DNA from: Clostridia bacterium
GTDB taxonomy: Bacteria > Bacillota > Clostridia > Oscillospirales > RGIG8002
Direction: 5' to 3'
Assembly: GCA_017616855.1 (NCBI GenBank)
Contig: JAFZXI010000115.1
Location: forward strand, 1,412 to 65,411
DNA: 64,000 nucleotides
A model generated the notes under the pieces. That model was given only the letters and a program-made list of their open reading frames with translations. It was not told the origin of the DNA and searched no databases. Positions 1 to 8,110 of this stretch are shown here, one piece after another. A program made the translations under genes and the position numbers. The number at the start of each line of letters is the position of its first letter. Position 1 is the first letter of the stretch.

Positions 1-295
1 CGAGACTGGTCGCCTCGCCGAGCACGACGGTGATCAGGAAATAAAACGCGACCACAATCAGCCCGATCGCGAGGATAACGATTATCGGCCCGCCTATCTT
101 GCGCGGTATCTTCAGTTTACGTTCAACCAGATTGACAAGCGGATTAGTCGCAAGCACGATAAGAAGCGCGAAGATGAACGGCACAAAAAGCCCCGGCAAA
201 TACCGCAGCGCAAAATACGCCATAGCGACGCAAACCGCTATGAAGAAAACGTTTATCAGAAACTTGACTCTTCGGTTTTCCGTCAGCGAGGTCAT
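1..295 (-). CDS. AI-2E (PerM) family transporter / YtvI-like sporulation membrane protein, N-terminal part (gene continues left of window)
   Basis: Own minus-strand translation from ATG at 295-293: MTSLTENRRVKFLINVFFIAVCVAMAYFALRYLPGLFVPFIFALLIVLATNPLVNLVERKLKIPRKIGGPIIVILAIGLIVVAFYFL... Hydrophobic helices and a PF..A....A..P....L pattern recalled from AI-2E/YtvI proteins. Absent from the ORF track because it runs off the edge. Confidence 0.55.
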   Translation of the reverse strand, partial: MTSLTENRRVKFLINVFFIAVCVAMAYFALRYLPGLFVPFIFALLIVLATNPLVNLVERKLKIPRKIGGPIIVILAIGLIVVAFYFLITVVLGEATSL

Positions 296-395
296 CCGCA
301 CACTTCCTTTCTTTTTACATTATACACGCTTGCCGGCGCAATTACAATAAAAAATTGTCAAATTATGCTCGATTTTTAAGGCAAACAATCAGTTT

Positions 396-1034
396 TTATC
401 CGGTATTCCCTGTCCTTGAGAAGTCAAAATCGGTATAATTCTCCGGAACATCGCCGACGATCACTGTTTCGGCAAGGTTGAAGGAGCAGGTCGAAAGCGT
501 TTCGATACGGTAGGTCGCGGCGAGGATAGTGAAGCGAACCTCGACGGTCATGGTTATGCGGTGAAGCGTCTGGTTGATGCCGGCGGAGGCAAACTCACTC
601 GAAAAATCGACGTCAACGGTACTTATCGAATCGAGCTTAACCGTGATTGCGAATCCCCTGCCCGCGAAGAGTTCGCCGAGCAAGCTGCCGAGCGAAACGC
701 GGACGCTCGTCGGCGGCGCTTTTTCAAGCGTTTCCGAGACCGCGTCTCCGACCGCGAGACGGAGCGCGTTCAGGCGTTTCGCGTCAGCGTGAAGCGACAC
801 TACCCTTCCGTCGGCCGCATACGCGATATCGACAACGTCGCCGTAGGTTAGCTTTTCTTCCGCGAATACGGCGACGACGCCGTCGTTTATCGCCGCCGAA
901 CCGAGCCGCTTCCCTTCCATTTCCGCGAGCGAAACGACGTACGGGCGCAGCTTTGCGCGCAGAAGGAGCAGAGCGGCGACGGCCGCCCCGAGAATTATCA
1001 GTATTTTCACCCGTCTCATACGTTTCTTTGCCAT
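396..1034 (-). CDS. yunB: sporulation protein YunB
   Basis: 212 aa with an N-terminal membrane anchor (KILIILGAAVAALLLL). The overall pattern (INQTLHRITMTVEVRF..., ...ETVIVGDVPENY) matches the YunB family as recalled. Sporulation gene neighbourhood. Confidence 0.75.
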   Translation of the reverse strand: MAKKRMRRVKILIILGAAVAALLLLRAKLRPYVVSLAEMEGKRLGSAAINDGVVAVFAEEKLTYGDVVDIAYAADGRVVSLHADAKRLNALRLAVGDAVSETLEKAPPTSVRVSLGSLLGELFAGRGFAITVKLDSISTVDVDFSSEFASAGINQTLHRITMTVEVRFTILAATYRIETLSTCSFNLAETVIVGDVPENYTDFDFSRTGNTG

Positions 1035-1129
1035 ATTCCCGCCTCCCGTTCCATTTTATGAAGCGAAAAACGGCGTGTTTCCGAATAATGCCGAAGCGGC
1101 GGCGGAAAATACGTTTTGGAGGCGTAAAA

Positions 1130-1771
1130 ATGCTCGTTTCTTTAATACGCACGGTAATCGTATATATACTGCTGATGCTCGCGATGCGGCTGATGGGAAA
1201 ACGCCAGCTCGGCGACCTGCAACCGGCGGAGTTGATAATCACTATTATCATTTCCGACCTCGCCGCGATACCTGTCACGGATACCGGAATACCGCTGATA
1301 AACGGACTCGTGCCTCTGTTAACGCTCGTTATCTGCGAGCTGTTATTCTCAGCGATAAGCATGCGTTCCATCGGATTCCGCAAGCGAATGCTCGGCTCTC
1401 CCGTCGTAGTTATAGACGGAGGTAAGGTCGTGCAGAAAAACCTGTTCCGCCTGCGCTTCACTCTCGACGATCTACTCGGCGAAGTTAGAAACTGCGGCTG
1501 CGCCTCTTTTTCCGACGTCGCCTTCGCGATAGTCGAAACGGACGGTAAGTTCAGCGTCATACCGGCAGACCCCGCCGCTCCGCCGCCGGAGGAGCTTCCG
1601 CGCATGGTCGTCTCAGACGGCAAGCCGGTCAAAGACGAGCTGAACGCCGCGGGCGTCGCGCCGGAAGCGCTTGACGCGGCTCTGAAAAGCGAGGGCGTCA
1701 GGATGAAGGACGTTTTTTACTGCTTCTTTACACAAGGCGGTTTTGAAATAGTGAAGAGGGACTCAAAATGA
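1130..1771 (+). CDS. DUF421 (YetF-like) membrane protein
   Basis: The track ORF 647..1771 has an Arg-rich N-terminal extension that is antisense to yunB. The plausible start is the ATG at 1130, preceded by GGAGG. MLVSLIRTVIVYILLMLAMRLMGKRQLGDLQPAELIITIIISDLAA is the typical DUF421 N-terminus. Confidence 0.8.
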   Translation: MLVSLIRTVIVYILLMLAMRLMGKRQLGDLQPAELIITIIISDLAAIPVTDTGIPLINGLVPLLTLVICELLFSAISMRSIGFRKRMLGSPVVVIDGGKVVQKNLFRLRFTLDDLLGEVRNCGCASFSDVAFAIVETDGKFSVIPADPAAPPPEELPRMVVSDGKPVKDELNAAGVAPEALDAALKSEGVRMKDVFYCFFTQGGFEIVKRDSK

Positions 1772-2151
1772 AAAGAATAGCGATCGCGGTTCCGCTGCTT
1801 CTCGTTTTCATAGCCGGCGCTTCATTCGCCTGCATTCTGCTCCTGCACGATACGGAAAAGAAAGCGGACGGTTTCATCACCGCCGCCTCCGAAAGCGCGA
1901 TGCGCGACGATTTCGCCGCCTGCGAAGAAACGCTGAACGCCTTCGCGGACTTCTGGGAGAAGCGAAAAGTATATTATATACTTTTTGTCCGGCACGACGA
2001 AATGCACGACATAGAAATCGGCATCGAGCAAATGAAAGGATTTGCCCGATGCCGTGATAAAAGCAGTATTATCGGCGAACTCGAAATGCTGAAAACCGTG
2101 CTGAAACACATCAGTGAAAGCGAGCTGCCGCTTTTGAATAATATCCTGTGA
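1768..2151 (+). CDS. DUF4363 family protein
   Basis: 127 aa with one N-terminal TM helix. Start overlaps the DUF421 stop by 4 nt. DUF421-DUF4363 pairing is common in Firmicutes (recalled). Confidence 0.65.
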   Translation: MKRIAIAVPLLLVFIAGASFACILLLHDTEKKADGFITAASESAMRDDFAACEETLNAFADFWEKRKVYYILFVRHDEMHDIEIGIEQMKGFARCRDKSSIIGELEMLKTVLKHISESELPLLNNIL

Positions 2152-2676
2152 CTATTTAATCAGTTTTATGAGCGAGATGTAAACGTCGTGCGGGTTTTTC
2201 AGGAAGTTGCGCTTTATATCCTCCGCGGTCATCTCGTCTCCCGCCTCTATGCGAACGTTGAAAAGCTCCCTGCCGTTGAGCGCGAAGCGCATGTTGACGA
2301 AGCATCCCAGCGCGTGCGGCTCGATAACGCACTCCGCTCTGCCGCCGCTTTTCGCTTCGAGCACGCCGGCGTACACTTTCTCGCACACAGCGAGCGGAAG
2401 CGTCGCGCCGAGCAGGCGGTCTGCGTTCCTGCCGTCGTCGGTAATATAAAACACGGTCCTGCCGTCTTCGCTTTCCTTGCGGACGTGTCCGTTTTCGCAA
2501 AGATCGCTTATGGCAACGGCGTAGTCGAAATAATTGACGTAGCCGTCCGCGAGCATGCCGTCGGTCAGATCGGTCATCGCGACGGGGTTATCAAGCTCGC
2601 TGAGCACGCGGCATATAAGGATTTTGACGTCGTTGATATTGCTTAATCCGCCGGGTTCCACTCTCATTTTAATCAC
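2152..2676 (-). CDS. DUF4364 family protein (putative DNA-binding)
   Basis: 174 aa beginning LSNINDVKILICRVLSELDNPVAMTDLTDGMLADGYVNYFDY, which resembles the DUF4364 family. Assignment from memory only. Confidence 0.55.
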   Translation of the reverse strand: MIKMRVEPGGLSNINDVKILICRVLSELDNPVAMTDLTDGMLADGYVNYFDYAVAISDLCENGHVRKESEDGRTVFYITDDGRNADRLLGATLPLAVCEKVYAGVLEAKSGGRAECVIEPHALGCFVNMRFALNGRELFNVRIEAGDEMTAEDIKRNFLKNPHDVYISLIKLIK

Positions 2677-2799
2677 CGCCTATATTTTACCAAATCAACG
2701 TGTCGCTGTCAACCCGACTGCATAACTTTTCACCTTATTGTCAAAAATATCTTTGCGCGGGCATATTTTCCGTCCGCGTACATACTATTTACAAAAAGG

Positions 2800-3012
2800 G
2801 TGATGGCTATGCTTCCCGACGCGGAAATACTTGAAACGGATCTTACGCTCTTTGAGCAGATTGAACTCGCAAAGGACGAGCTGAAGCGGCTTTACGGCAG
2901 GTTTGACTACGAAAACGATCCGGCCCGCATAGATGAGATCATTTTCCTTCTCTGCGCCGCGGAAAGCAAATACAACGCGCTTATGGAAATGGCGCGCCGA
3001 AAGGCGAGCTGA
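2800..3012 (+). CDS. YaaL-like DUF2508 small sporulation-associated protein
   Basis: 70 aa. The C-terminal ...FLLCAAESKYNALMEMARRKA resembles B. subtilis YaaL (...AEAKYFFLLREAKQRK, recalled). Sits directly upstream of bofA, as in Bacillus. Confidence 0.5.
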   Translation: MMAMLPDAEILETDLTLFEQIELAKDELKRLYGRFDYENDPARIDEIIFLLCAAESKYNALMEMARRKAS

Positions 3013-3031
3013 CACGGAAAGGACGGATAAT

Positions 3032-3286
3032 ATGGCAACGTTTTGGACGGTCGCAAGCGCGGCCGCGCTGTTTTTGCTCGCTTTCGCGCTGACGGCTGCC
3101 GGCGGTTCGCGAAAAAAGCGCTTCATCGTCGGAGGACTTGGCGGCGTTTCGCTGCTGCTCGCGCTGAATCTGTCGGCGGAGCTGACGGGTATCTACGTCG
3201 GGCTGAACGCGGTGAGTTTGACCGCTTCGTTTCTCCTCGGAGTACCGGGCGCATTCGCGGTGCTGACGGCGGGGATAATTACATAA
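3032..3286 (+). CDS. bofA: pro-sigmaK processing inhibitor BofA
   Basis: Internal ATG at 3032 of track ORF 2933..3286. The 84-aa membrane protein ends ...GIYVGLNAVSLTASFLLGVPGAFAVLTAGII, similar to the BofA C-terminus (GIHVPINLVTTAISGILGIPGIAALVVI, recalled). Confidence 0.75.
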   Translation: MATFWTVASAAALFLLAFALTAAGGSRKKRFIVGGLGGVSLLLALNLSAELTGIYVGLNAVSLTASFLLGVPGAFAVLTAGIIT

Positions 3287-3449
3287 CGGGATTTGACTGT
3301 CCGGCGCCCTGACGGGCGCCGTTTTTTTGTGCCGCGAACCCCAAAAAACGCCCGAAGTCTCCCTTCTTTTCGACGAAACAGAATCAGAATCAACGCAATT
3401 ATTTTATTTTTTACATATTTTGATATTGATATTTTTCCTGCGGCGTGAT

Positions 3450-4223
3450 ATGATTATCAAAAGATTGGAGGAAAACGCCGTGGATAATAATATTAAAATG
3501 CGCACCTCCGCGTTCGGAGGATTCAACAAAAACGACGTTCTCGCATATATCGACGCTCTGAGCCGCAAATATAAAGCCGTTGAGAGCGATCTTAACGGAA
3601 AGATCTCCGAGCTCTCCGCTTCGCGCGAAAACCTCGCCGAGCAGGTGAACGATTTTTCGGAGCGCATCTCCGCGCTCGAAGACGCCTGCACGAGAGCGCA
3701 GGAAGCCGCCGACAAGGCCAGCGCCGAGCGCGAAGCCGCCAGAAGCGAAGCGAGTGAGCTTCGCCGCAAGGCCGTGCTGCTCGAGGTCGAAAACAACCGT
3801 CTCAAGTCGCAGCTTTCCGCCGGCGAAAAAGAGGCCGAAAAGGTCCATGAGGAAAAGGAAAAGATCGCCGACGCGATTATCGACGCGAGAAAGAACGCGC
3901 AGATGATAATGAACTCCGCGCGCGATAAGGCGGTCGGCAAAATCCGCGACGCCGAGGAGGAGATAAACGGGCTGCACCACAAGGTCGAGGGCTTCATCTC
4001 CGACGTCGAAGACATGAAGAACTCCATGGCCGAAATGCTCCGCCGCATGGAAGGCAACGTCGGCGAGATAAGCGCCCGCCTCGAAGAACTTCACAAGGAA
4101 GTCTTCAAGATCGACAACTCCCTCAAGCTCATCTCCCTCGACACAGAGGTCTCGCAGATAAAGATAAAACGCGAGGAAAGCGCTGAGGAAGCCGTCTTCA
4201 CGTCCGATGACGCAGCGCTCTGA
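3450..4223 (+). CDS. DivIVA-domain coiled-coil protein
   Basis: FGGFNKNDVLAYIDAL is a DivIVA-type N-terminal motif, followed by about 200 aa of E/K/A-rich coiled coil. Start uncertain: ATG 3450, or GTG 3480 which has GGAGGA 8 nt upstream. Confidence 0.7.
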   Translation: MIIKRLEENAVDNNIKMRTSAFGGFNKNDVLAYIDALSRKYKAVESDLNGKISELSASRENLAEQVNDFSERISALEDACTRAQEAADKASAEREAARSEASELRRKAVLLEVENNRLKSQLSAGEKEAEKVHEEKEKIADAIIDARKNAQMIMNSARDKAVGKIRDAEEEINGLHHKVEGFISDVEDMKNSMAEMLRRMEGNVGEISARLEELHKEVFKIDNSLKLISLDTEVSQIKIKREESAEEAVFTSDDAAL

Positions 4224-4238
4224 GAATAACGACTATAT

Positions 4239-4270
4239 AAAAACGCCTCCCTCGCGGGAGGCGTTTTTTT
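4239..4270. terminator. bidirectional rho-independent terminator
   Basis: AAAAACGCCTCCC-TCGC-GGGAGGCGTTTTTTT lies between convergent genes. Perfect 9-bp GC stem flanked by A and T runs. Confidence 0.8.
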
Positions 4271-4282
4271 ACGCTTATTTTC

Positions 4283-4318
4283 GGAGATCCTTGACTCGCT
4301 CCGCTCGCTCAGGATGAC
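4283..4318. repeat. partial copy (right half) of the MITE-like intergenic repeat
   Basis: GGAGATCCTTGACTCGCTCCGCTCGCTCAGGATGAC matches the right ends of the units at 7978..8078 and 38075..38168. Confidence 0.6.
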
Positions 4319-4326
4319 GGCGGGAG

Positions 4327-5571
4327 TCAGCAATTCTTTTCGCAATAGGCGATCTTGATGCAGACGGAAAGCAGTTCAATCGCGGTGCGGACTTCATCGA
4401 CGCTCGGATAGGTCGGTGCGATACGGATGTTGCGGTCGCGCGGGTCGCGTCTGTAAGGGAACGTCGCGCCGACGTTCGTCAGCTTCACGCCCGCTTCGGC
4501 GGCGAGGTCGAACGCCCTGCCGGCACAGCCGTCGGCGGTGTTCAGCGAGATGAAGTAGCCGCCGCGCGGCTCGGTCCAGTTCGCCGCCTCGGGGCAGTCC
4601 GCGAACTCGCGGCGCAGTACTTCGATAGCCGCCTCGAACTTCGGGCGGATAAGTGCGGCGTGGGCGCGCATGTGCGCCTTCACTCCGTTGATGTCGCGGT
4701 AGAATCTGACGTGACGCAGCTGATTGAGTTTGTCGGGGCCGATGGTCTGCTTGGAGATGATGCGCTCGGCGTCTCTGATGTTGCGCTCGCTCGACGCGAA
4801 AGCCGCGACGCCGCTGCCCGGAAAGCTTATCTTCGACGTCGAGCCGAAGATATAAGCAATGTCGGGGTTGCCGGCCTTCTCACACTCGCTCTGCAGGTCG
4901 AGGAGCTTGTCGCCCTCTTCATAGAGGTCGTGCATACAGTAGGCGTCGTCCCAGAAGATGCGGAAATCCGGCGCCGCCGGCTTTAACCGCGCAAAACGGC
5001 GGACGGTCTCGTCGGAATAAGTCGTGCCGTCCGGGTTGGAGTATTTCGGCACGCACCAGATGCCCTTTATCGCCGGATCGGAGGAAACGAGCTCCTCTAC
5101 CCTGTTCATGTCCGGCCCTTCGGGCGTCATATCGACGTTTATCATTTTTATTCCGAAAAGCTCGCAGATGGCGAAGTGCCTGTCGTAGCCCGGGACGGGA
5201 CAAAGGAACTTGACCTCGGAAAGTCTGCCCCACGGGGTGCTTCCGAGGATACCGAAGCACCAGGCGCGGGAGATAGCGTCAAACATCATGTTCAGACTGG
5301 AGTTTCCGCCGATGATGATGTTGTCGCTGTTCACGCAGAGCATTTCGGAGAAAAGGCGCTTCGCGGCGGGTATGCCGGTAAGCAGTCCGTAGCTGCGGCA
5401 GTCAATCCCGTCGGTCCGGCAATCGTTTGCGGTCGCGAGGTTGACGAGCATTTCCTGCGAAAGCGTAAGCTGCTCGGGAGACGGTACGCCTCTCGACATA
5501 TTCATCGAGAGATCCATCGCCTTGAAAGCGGTATATCTTTGCCATAATTCATTGATGCTTTGCATAACCAT
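4327..5571 (-). CDS. class I/II PLP-dependent aminotransferase
   Basis: 414 aa. Contains ...GGNSSLNMM..., ...YSNPDGTTYS..., ...FGSTSKISFPGSGVAAF... (Lys-containing PLP attachment-type motif). Fold-type I aminotransferase pattern; substrate unknown. Confidence 0.8.
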   Translation of the reverse strand: MVMQSINELWQRYTAFKAMDLSMNMSRGVPSPEQLTLSQEMLVNLATANDCRTDGIDCRSYGLLTGIPAAKRLFSEMLCVNSDNIIIGGNSSLNMMFDAISRAWCFGILGSTPWGRLSEVKFLCPVPGYDRHFAICELFGIKMINVDMTPEGPDMNRVEELVSSDPAIKGIWCVPKYSNPDGTTYSDETVRRFARLKPAAPDFRIFWDDAYCMHDLYEEGDKLLDLQSECEKAGNPDIAYIFGSTSKISFPGSGVAAFASSERNIRDAERIISKQTIGPDKLNQLRHVRFYRDINGVKAHMRAHAALIRPKFEAAIEVLRREFADCPEAANWTEPRGGYFISLNTADGCAGRAFDLAAEAGVKLTNVGATFPYRRDPRDRNIRIAPTYPSVDEVRTAIELLSVCIKIAYCEKNC

Positions 5572-5817
5572 TCGACCTCTGTGAGTAGAATATGGACATT
5601 ATATTACTTTTGCGATCCTTTTGCAATTCTTTTTTCAAAAAAACGCTCCAAAATCGGCTTGTTGCACACCAATTTGTGACAAACTATCGAAAAATTGGAT
5701 ATATCTTTTCAAAATCACTTCACAAACCCGCCGAAATGAGTTATAATACACAATGGTTGATAATGAAACTTTAATAATAATTACACGCCGCCGAAAAGGC
5801 AGAAAGGAGCAACGATT

Positions 5818-6516
5818 ATGGAAGACAAGAGAATACTCATTGCCGACGATGAAGAAGGCATAAGGGATATGGTCAAGGAATACATAGGCCTCGACGGATT
5901 CTCCGTCGACGAGGCCGCCGACGGCGAGGAAGCCCTTGCCCTGCTCGCGAAAAACAACTACGATCTGCTGCTGCTCGACGTCATGATGCCGAAGGTCAAC
6001 GGCTGGAACGTGCTCAGAACGCTCCGCGAAACGTCCAACCTGCCCGTCATCATGCTAACCGCCAGAGGCGAGGAATACGATAAACTTTTCGGCTTTGAGC
6101 TCGGAGCCGACGACTACATGATTAAGCCCTTCTCCCCCAAGGAGCTGCTCGCCCGCATGAAAGCAATCATTCGCAGAGCGGACACCGACAAGACCGGCTC
6201 CGCCGCGGAAAAGGAGACCGACACCTTCGGCGGATTGAAGATCGAGTATTTCTCCCGCAACGTCTACGTCGACGGCGAGCTGATTTCGCTGACGCCGAAG
6301 GAATTCGAGCTCCTCAGCTTCTTCGCGCATAACGAGCATTACGTTTTCACGCGCGAACAGCTTCTCTCAAAGGTTTGGGGCTACGACTTCTACGGCGACG
6401 AGCGCACCGTGGATACGCATATCAAGATGCTCCGCGACAGCTTGAAAAACTACCGTTCCTACATCGTTACCGTCTGGGGAACGGGATATAAGTTCGAAAC
6501 GGGAACGGGCAAATGA
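5818..6516 (+). CDS. OmpR-family response regulator
   Basis: 232 aa with a receiver domain (ILIADDEE...DLLLLDVMMP...) and a winged-helix C-terminus (LTPKEFELLSFF...VWG...TVDTHIKMLR...GYKF). Confidence 0.9.
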   Translation: MEDKRILIADDEEGIRDMVKEYIGLDGFSVDEAADGEEALALLAKNNYDLLLLDVMMPKVNGWNVLRTLRETSNLPVIMLTARGEEYDKLFGFELGADDYMIKPFSPKELLARMKAIIRRADTDKTGSAAEKETDTFGGLKIEYFSRNVYVDGELISLTPKEFELLSFFAHNEHYVFTREQLLSKVWGYDFYGDERTVDTHIKMLRDSLKNYRSYIVTVWGTGYKFETGTGK

Positions 6517-7913
6517 AAGGTCTCGCGCTGAAGTTCTGGGCAGGCATGACCGCGCTTATAGCGGGCATGCTCGTGCTCCTTTGGGTGTTTCAGGTCGTCA
6601 GTCTGCAGCGCGTCTACGTTGACGAGATAATGTCGCAGATAAACGAAGACGCCGAATACCTCGCCGACTGCCTGTCGAGAAACGAATCGGACGAGTTCAT
6701 GAGCAGCGCGTCCACGCTTGCGTATACGAAAAACATCTCGGTGCAGGCATACGTAACCGAGTCCTTGTGCATCTTCAACACGGAATCCGCAACGCCTTCT
6801 CCGTCTTCGATGGCTTCAAGCAGCGCCTTCAAACACGCGGTTTCAGAAGCGCTTTCCGGCAGGGAGTATCAGGGCACTATTTCGCATCCGAAATTCGGCA
6901 CTAACGTAGCGGTCAGAGGCATCCCCTACCGCTATTCCGACGGCACCTACGGCGCGCTTATGATAAGCGCTTCGCTCGCGCCGGTCAACACTACGGTCAA
7001 TATTATTCAGCGCCAGCTGATAATCACCACCGTCGTACTCCTCGCGCTCGCGCTCATCATTTCATTCATCATTTCGCGCACGCTGACAAAGCCGATACTC
7101 CGCATCGAAAAGGCGACGAAGCGCATCGCGGAGGGCGATTACTCCGTCAAGCTCGACGTTGATTCCAATGACGAAATCGGCTCGCTCGCGGAATCGGTCA
7201 ACGACATGGCCGCGGAGCTTTCCAGAACGGACGAGCTGCGCAAGGACCTTATCGCGAACGTTTCGCACGACCTGCGCACTCCGCTGAGTCTTATCAGAGG
7301 ATATGCGGAAACGCTGCGCGACGTTACCGGCGACAACAAGGAAAAACGCGAACGCCAGCTCGGCATAATCATCGACGAGACCGAGCGGCTCGACCGTATC
7401 GTCAGCGATATGCTGGACCTCTCAAAACTGCAGTCCGGCTCGATTACCGTTTCCCCCGCCCCGTTCGACGTCAGGCGCGCGTTCGGCGACATCATTTCGA
7501 GATACGACGACTTGAGCGCGAAAAGCGGCGTTACCGCAGCCGCGGAATGCGAGGACGGGCTCTCCGCCGTCGGCGATCTGCCGCGACTGGAGCAGGTTTT
7601 CTACAACCTCATCAACAACGCCTTCAACCACACGAAACAGGGCGGAAAAATCACCCTCGCGGCAGCGAAAAACGGCGAACTGATACGCTTTTCCGTGACC
7701 GACACCGGCAGCGGCATTTCAAAAGAGGACCTGCCGCACATCTTCGACCGCTATTACAAAGGCGAAGCGGGCGTCCGCAAAATCGTCGGCACCGGTCTCG
7801 GTCTCGCGATCGTCAAAAACATCCTCGAAGCGCACCACGCCGTCTACGGCGTCGATAGTACCGTCGGCGTCGGCACGACCTTCTGGTTCGACCTGCCGGC
7901 CGCGGAAAATTGA
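6513..7913 (+). CDS. sensor histidine kinase (HAMP-HisKA-HATPase)
   Basis: 466 aa with two TM helices, the H-box SHDLRTPLSLIRGYAE, the N-box NLINNAFNHT, and G-boxes DTGSGI / GTGLGLAIV. Start overlaps the regulator stop. Confidence 0.9.
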   Translation: MKGLALKFWAGMTALIAGMLVLLWVFQVVSLQRVYVDEIMSQINEDAEYLADCLSRNESDEFMSSASTLAYTKNISVQAYVTESLCIFNTESATPSPSSMASSSAFKHAVSEALSGREYQGTISHPKFGTNVAVRGIPYRYSDGTYGALMISASLAPVNTTVNIIQRQLIITTVVLLALALIISFIISRTLTKPILRIEKATKRIAEGDYSVKLDVDSNDEIGSLAESVNDMAAELSRTDELRKDLIANVSHDLRTPLSLIRGYAETLRDVTGDNKEKRERQLGIIIDETERLDRIVSDMLDLSKLQSGSITVSPAPFDVRRAFGDIISRYDDLSAKSGVTAAAECEDGLSAVGDLPRLEQVFYNLINNAFNHTKQGGKITLAAAKNGELIRFSVTDTGSGISKEDLPHIFDRYYKGEAGVRKIVGTGLGLAIVKNILEAHHAVYGVDSTVGVGTTFWFDLPAAEN

Positions 7914-7932
7914 TAATAAACCGAATATGCGA

Positions 7933-7965
7933 AAACGCCTCCCGAAATTCGGGAGGCGTTTTTTG
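7933..7965 (+). terminator. rho-independent terminator after the histidine kinase
   Basis: AACGCCTCCC-GAAATTC-GGGAGGCGTT followed by TTTTG. Confidence 0.7.
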
Positions 7966-7977
7966 TTTCAGTTACGC

Positions 7978-8108
7978 GTCATTCCGAGGGCTGCGCACGA
8001 GGAATCCCCTTCCCCTTGCAAGCGGTCGGAAAAGGCGGGGGATCCTTCGACTCGCGCTTCGCGCTCGCTCAGGATGACGGAGAACGGACGGGCGATGCGT
8101 CCCTGCGG
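7978..8108. repeat. MITE-like intergenic repeat (7978..8078) plus hairpin+CTGCGG module (8086..8108)
   Basis: GTCATTCCGAGG...GGAATCCCCTTCCCCTTGCAAGCGGTCGGAAAAGGCGGGGGATCCTTCG...CTCGCTCAGGATGAC. Termini are imperfect inverted repeats (GTCATTCCGAG vs GTCATCCTGAG). Near-copy at 38075..38168. Confidence 0.75.
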
Positions 8109-8110
8109 CA

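Noticed and set aside
99-350. 83-aa plus-strand ORF at the left edge
   Set aside because: It is antisense to the convincing AI-2E/YtvI-like membrane protein N-terminus (1..295, minus strand).
647-1129. Arg/Pro-rich N-terminal extension of the DUF421 ORF (track ORF 647..1771)
   Set aside because: It overlaps yunB on the opposite strand. The sequence is low-complexity Arg-rich. A GGAGG-preceded ATG at 1130 gives the canonical DUF421 N-terminus.
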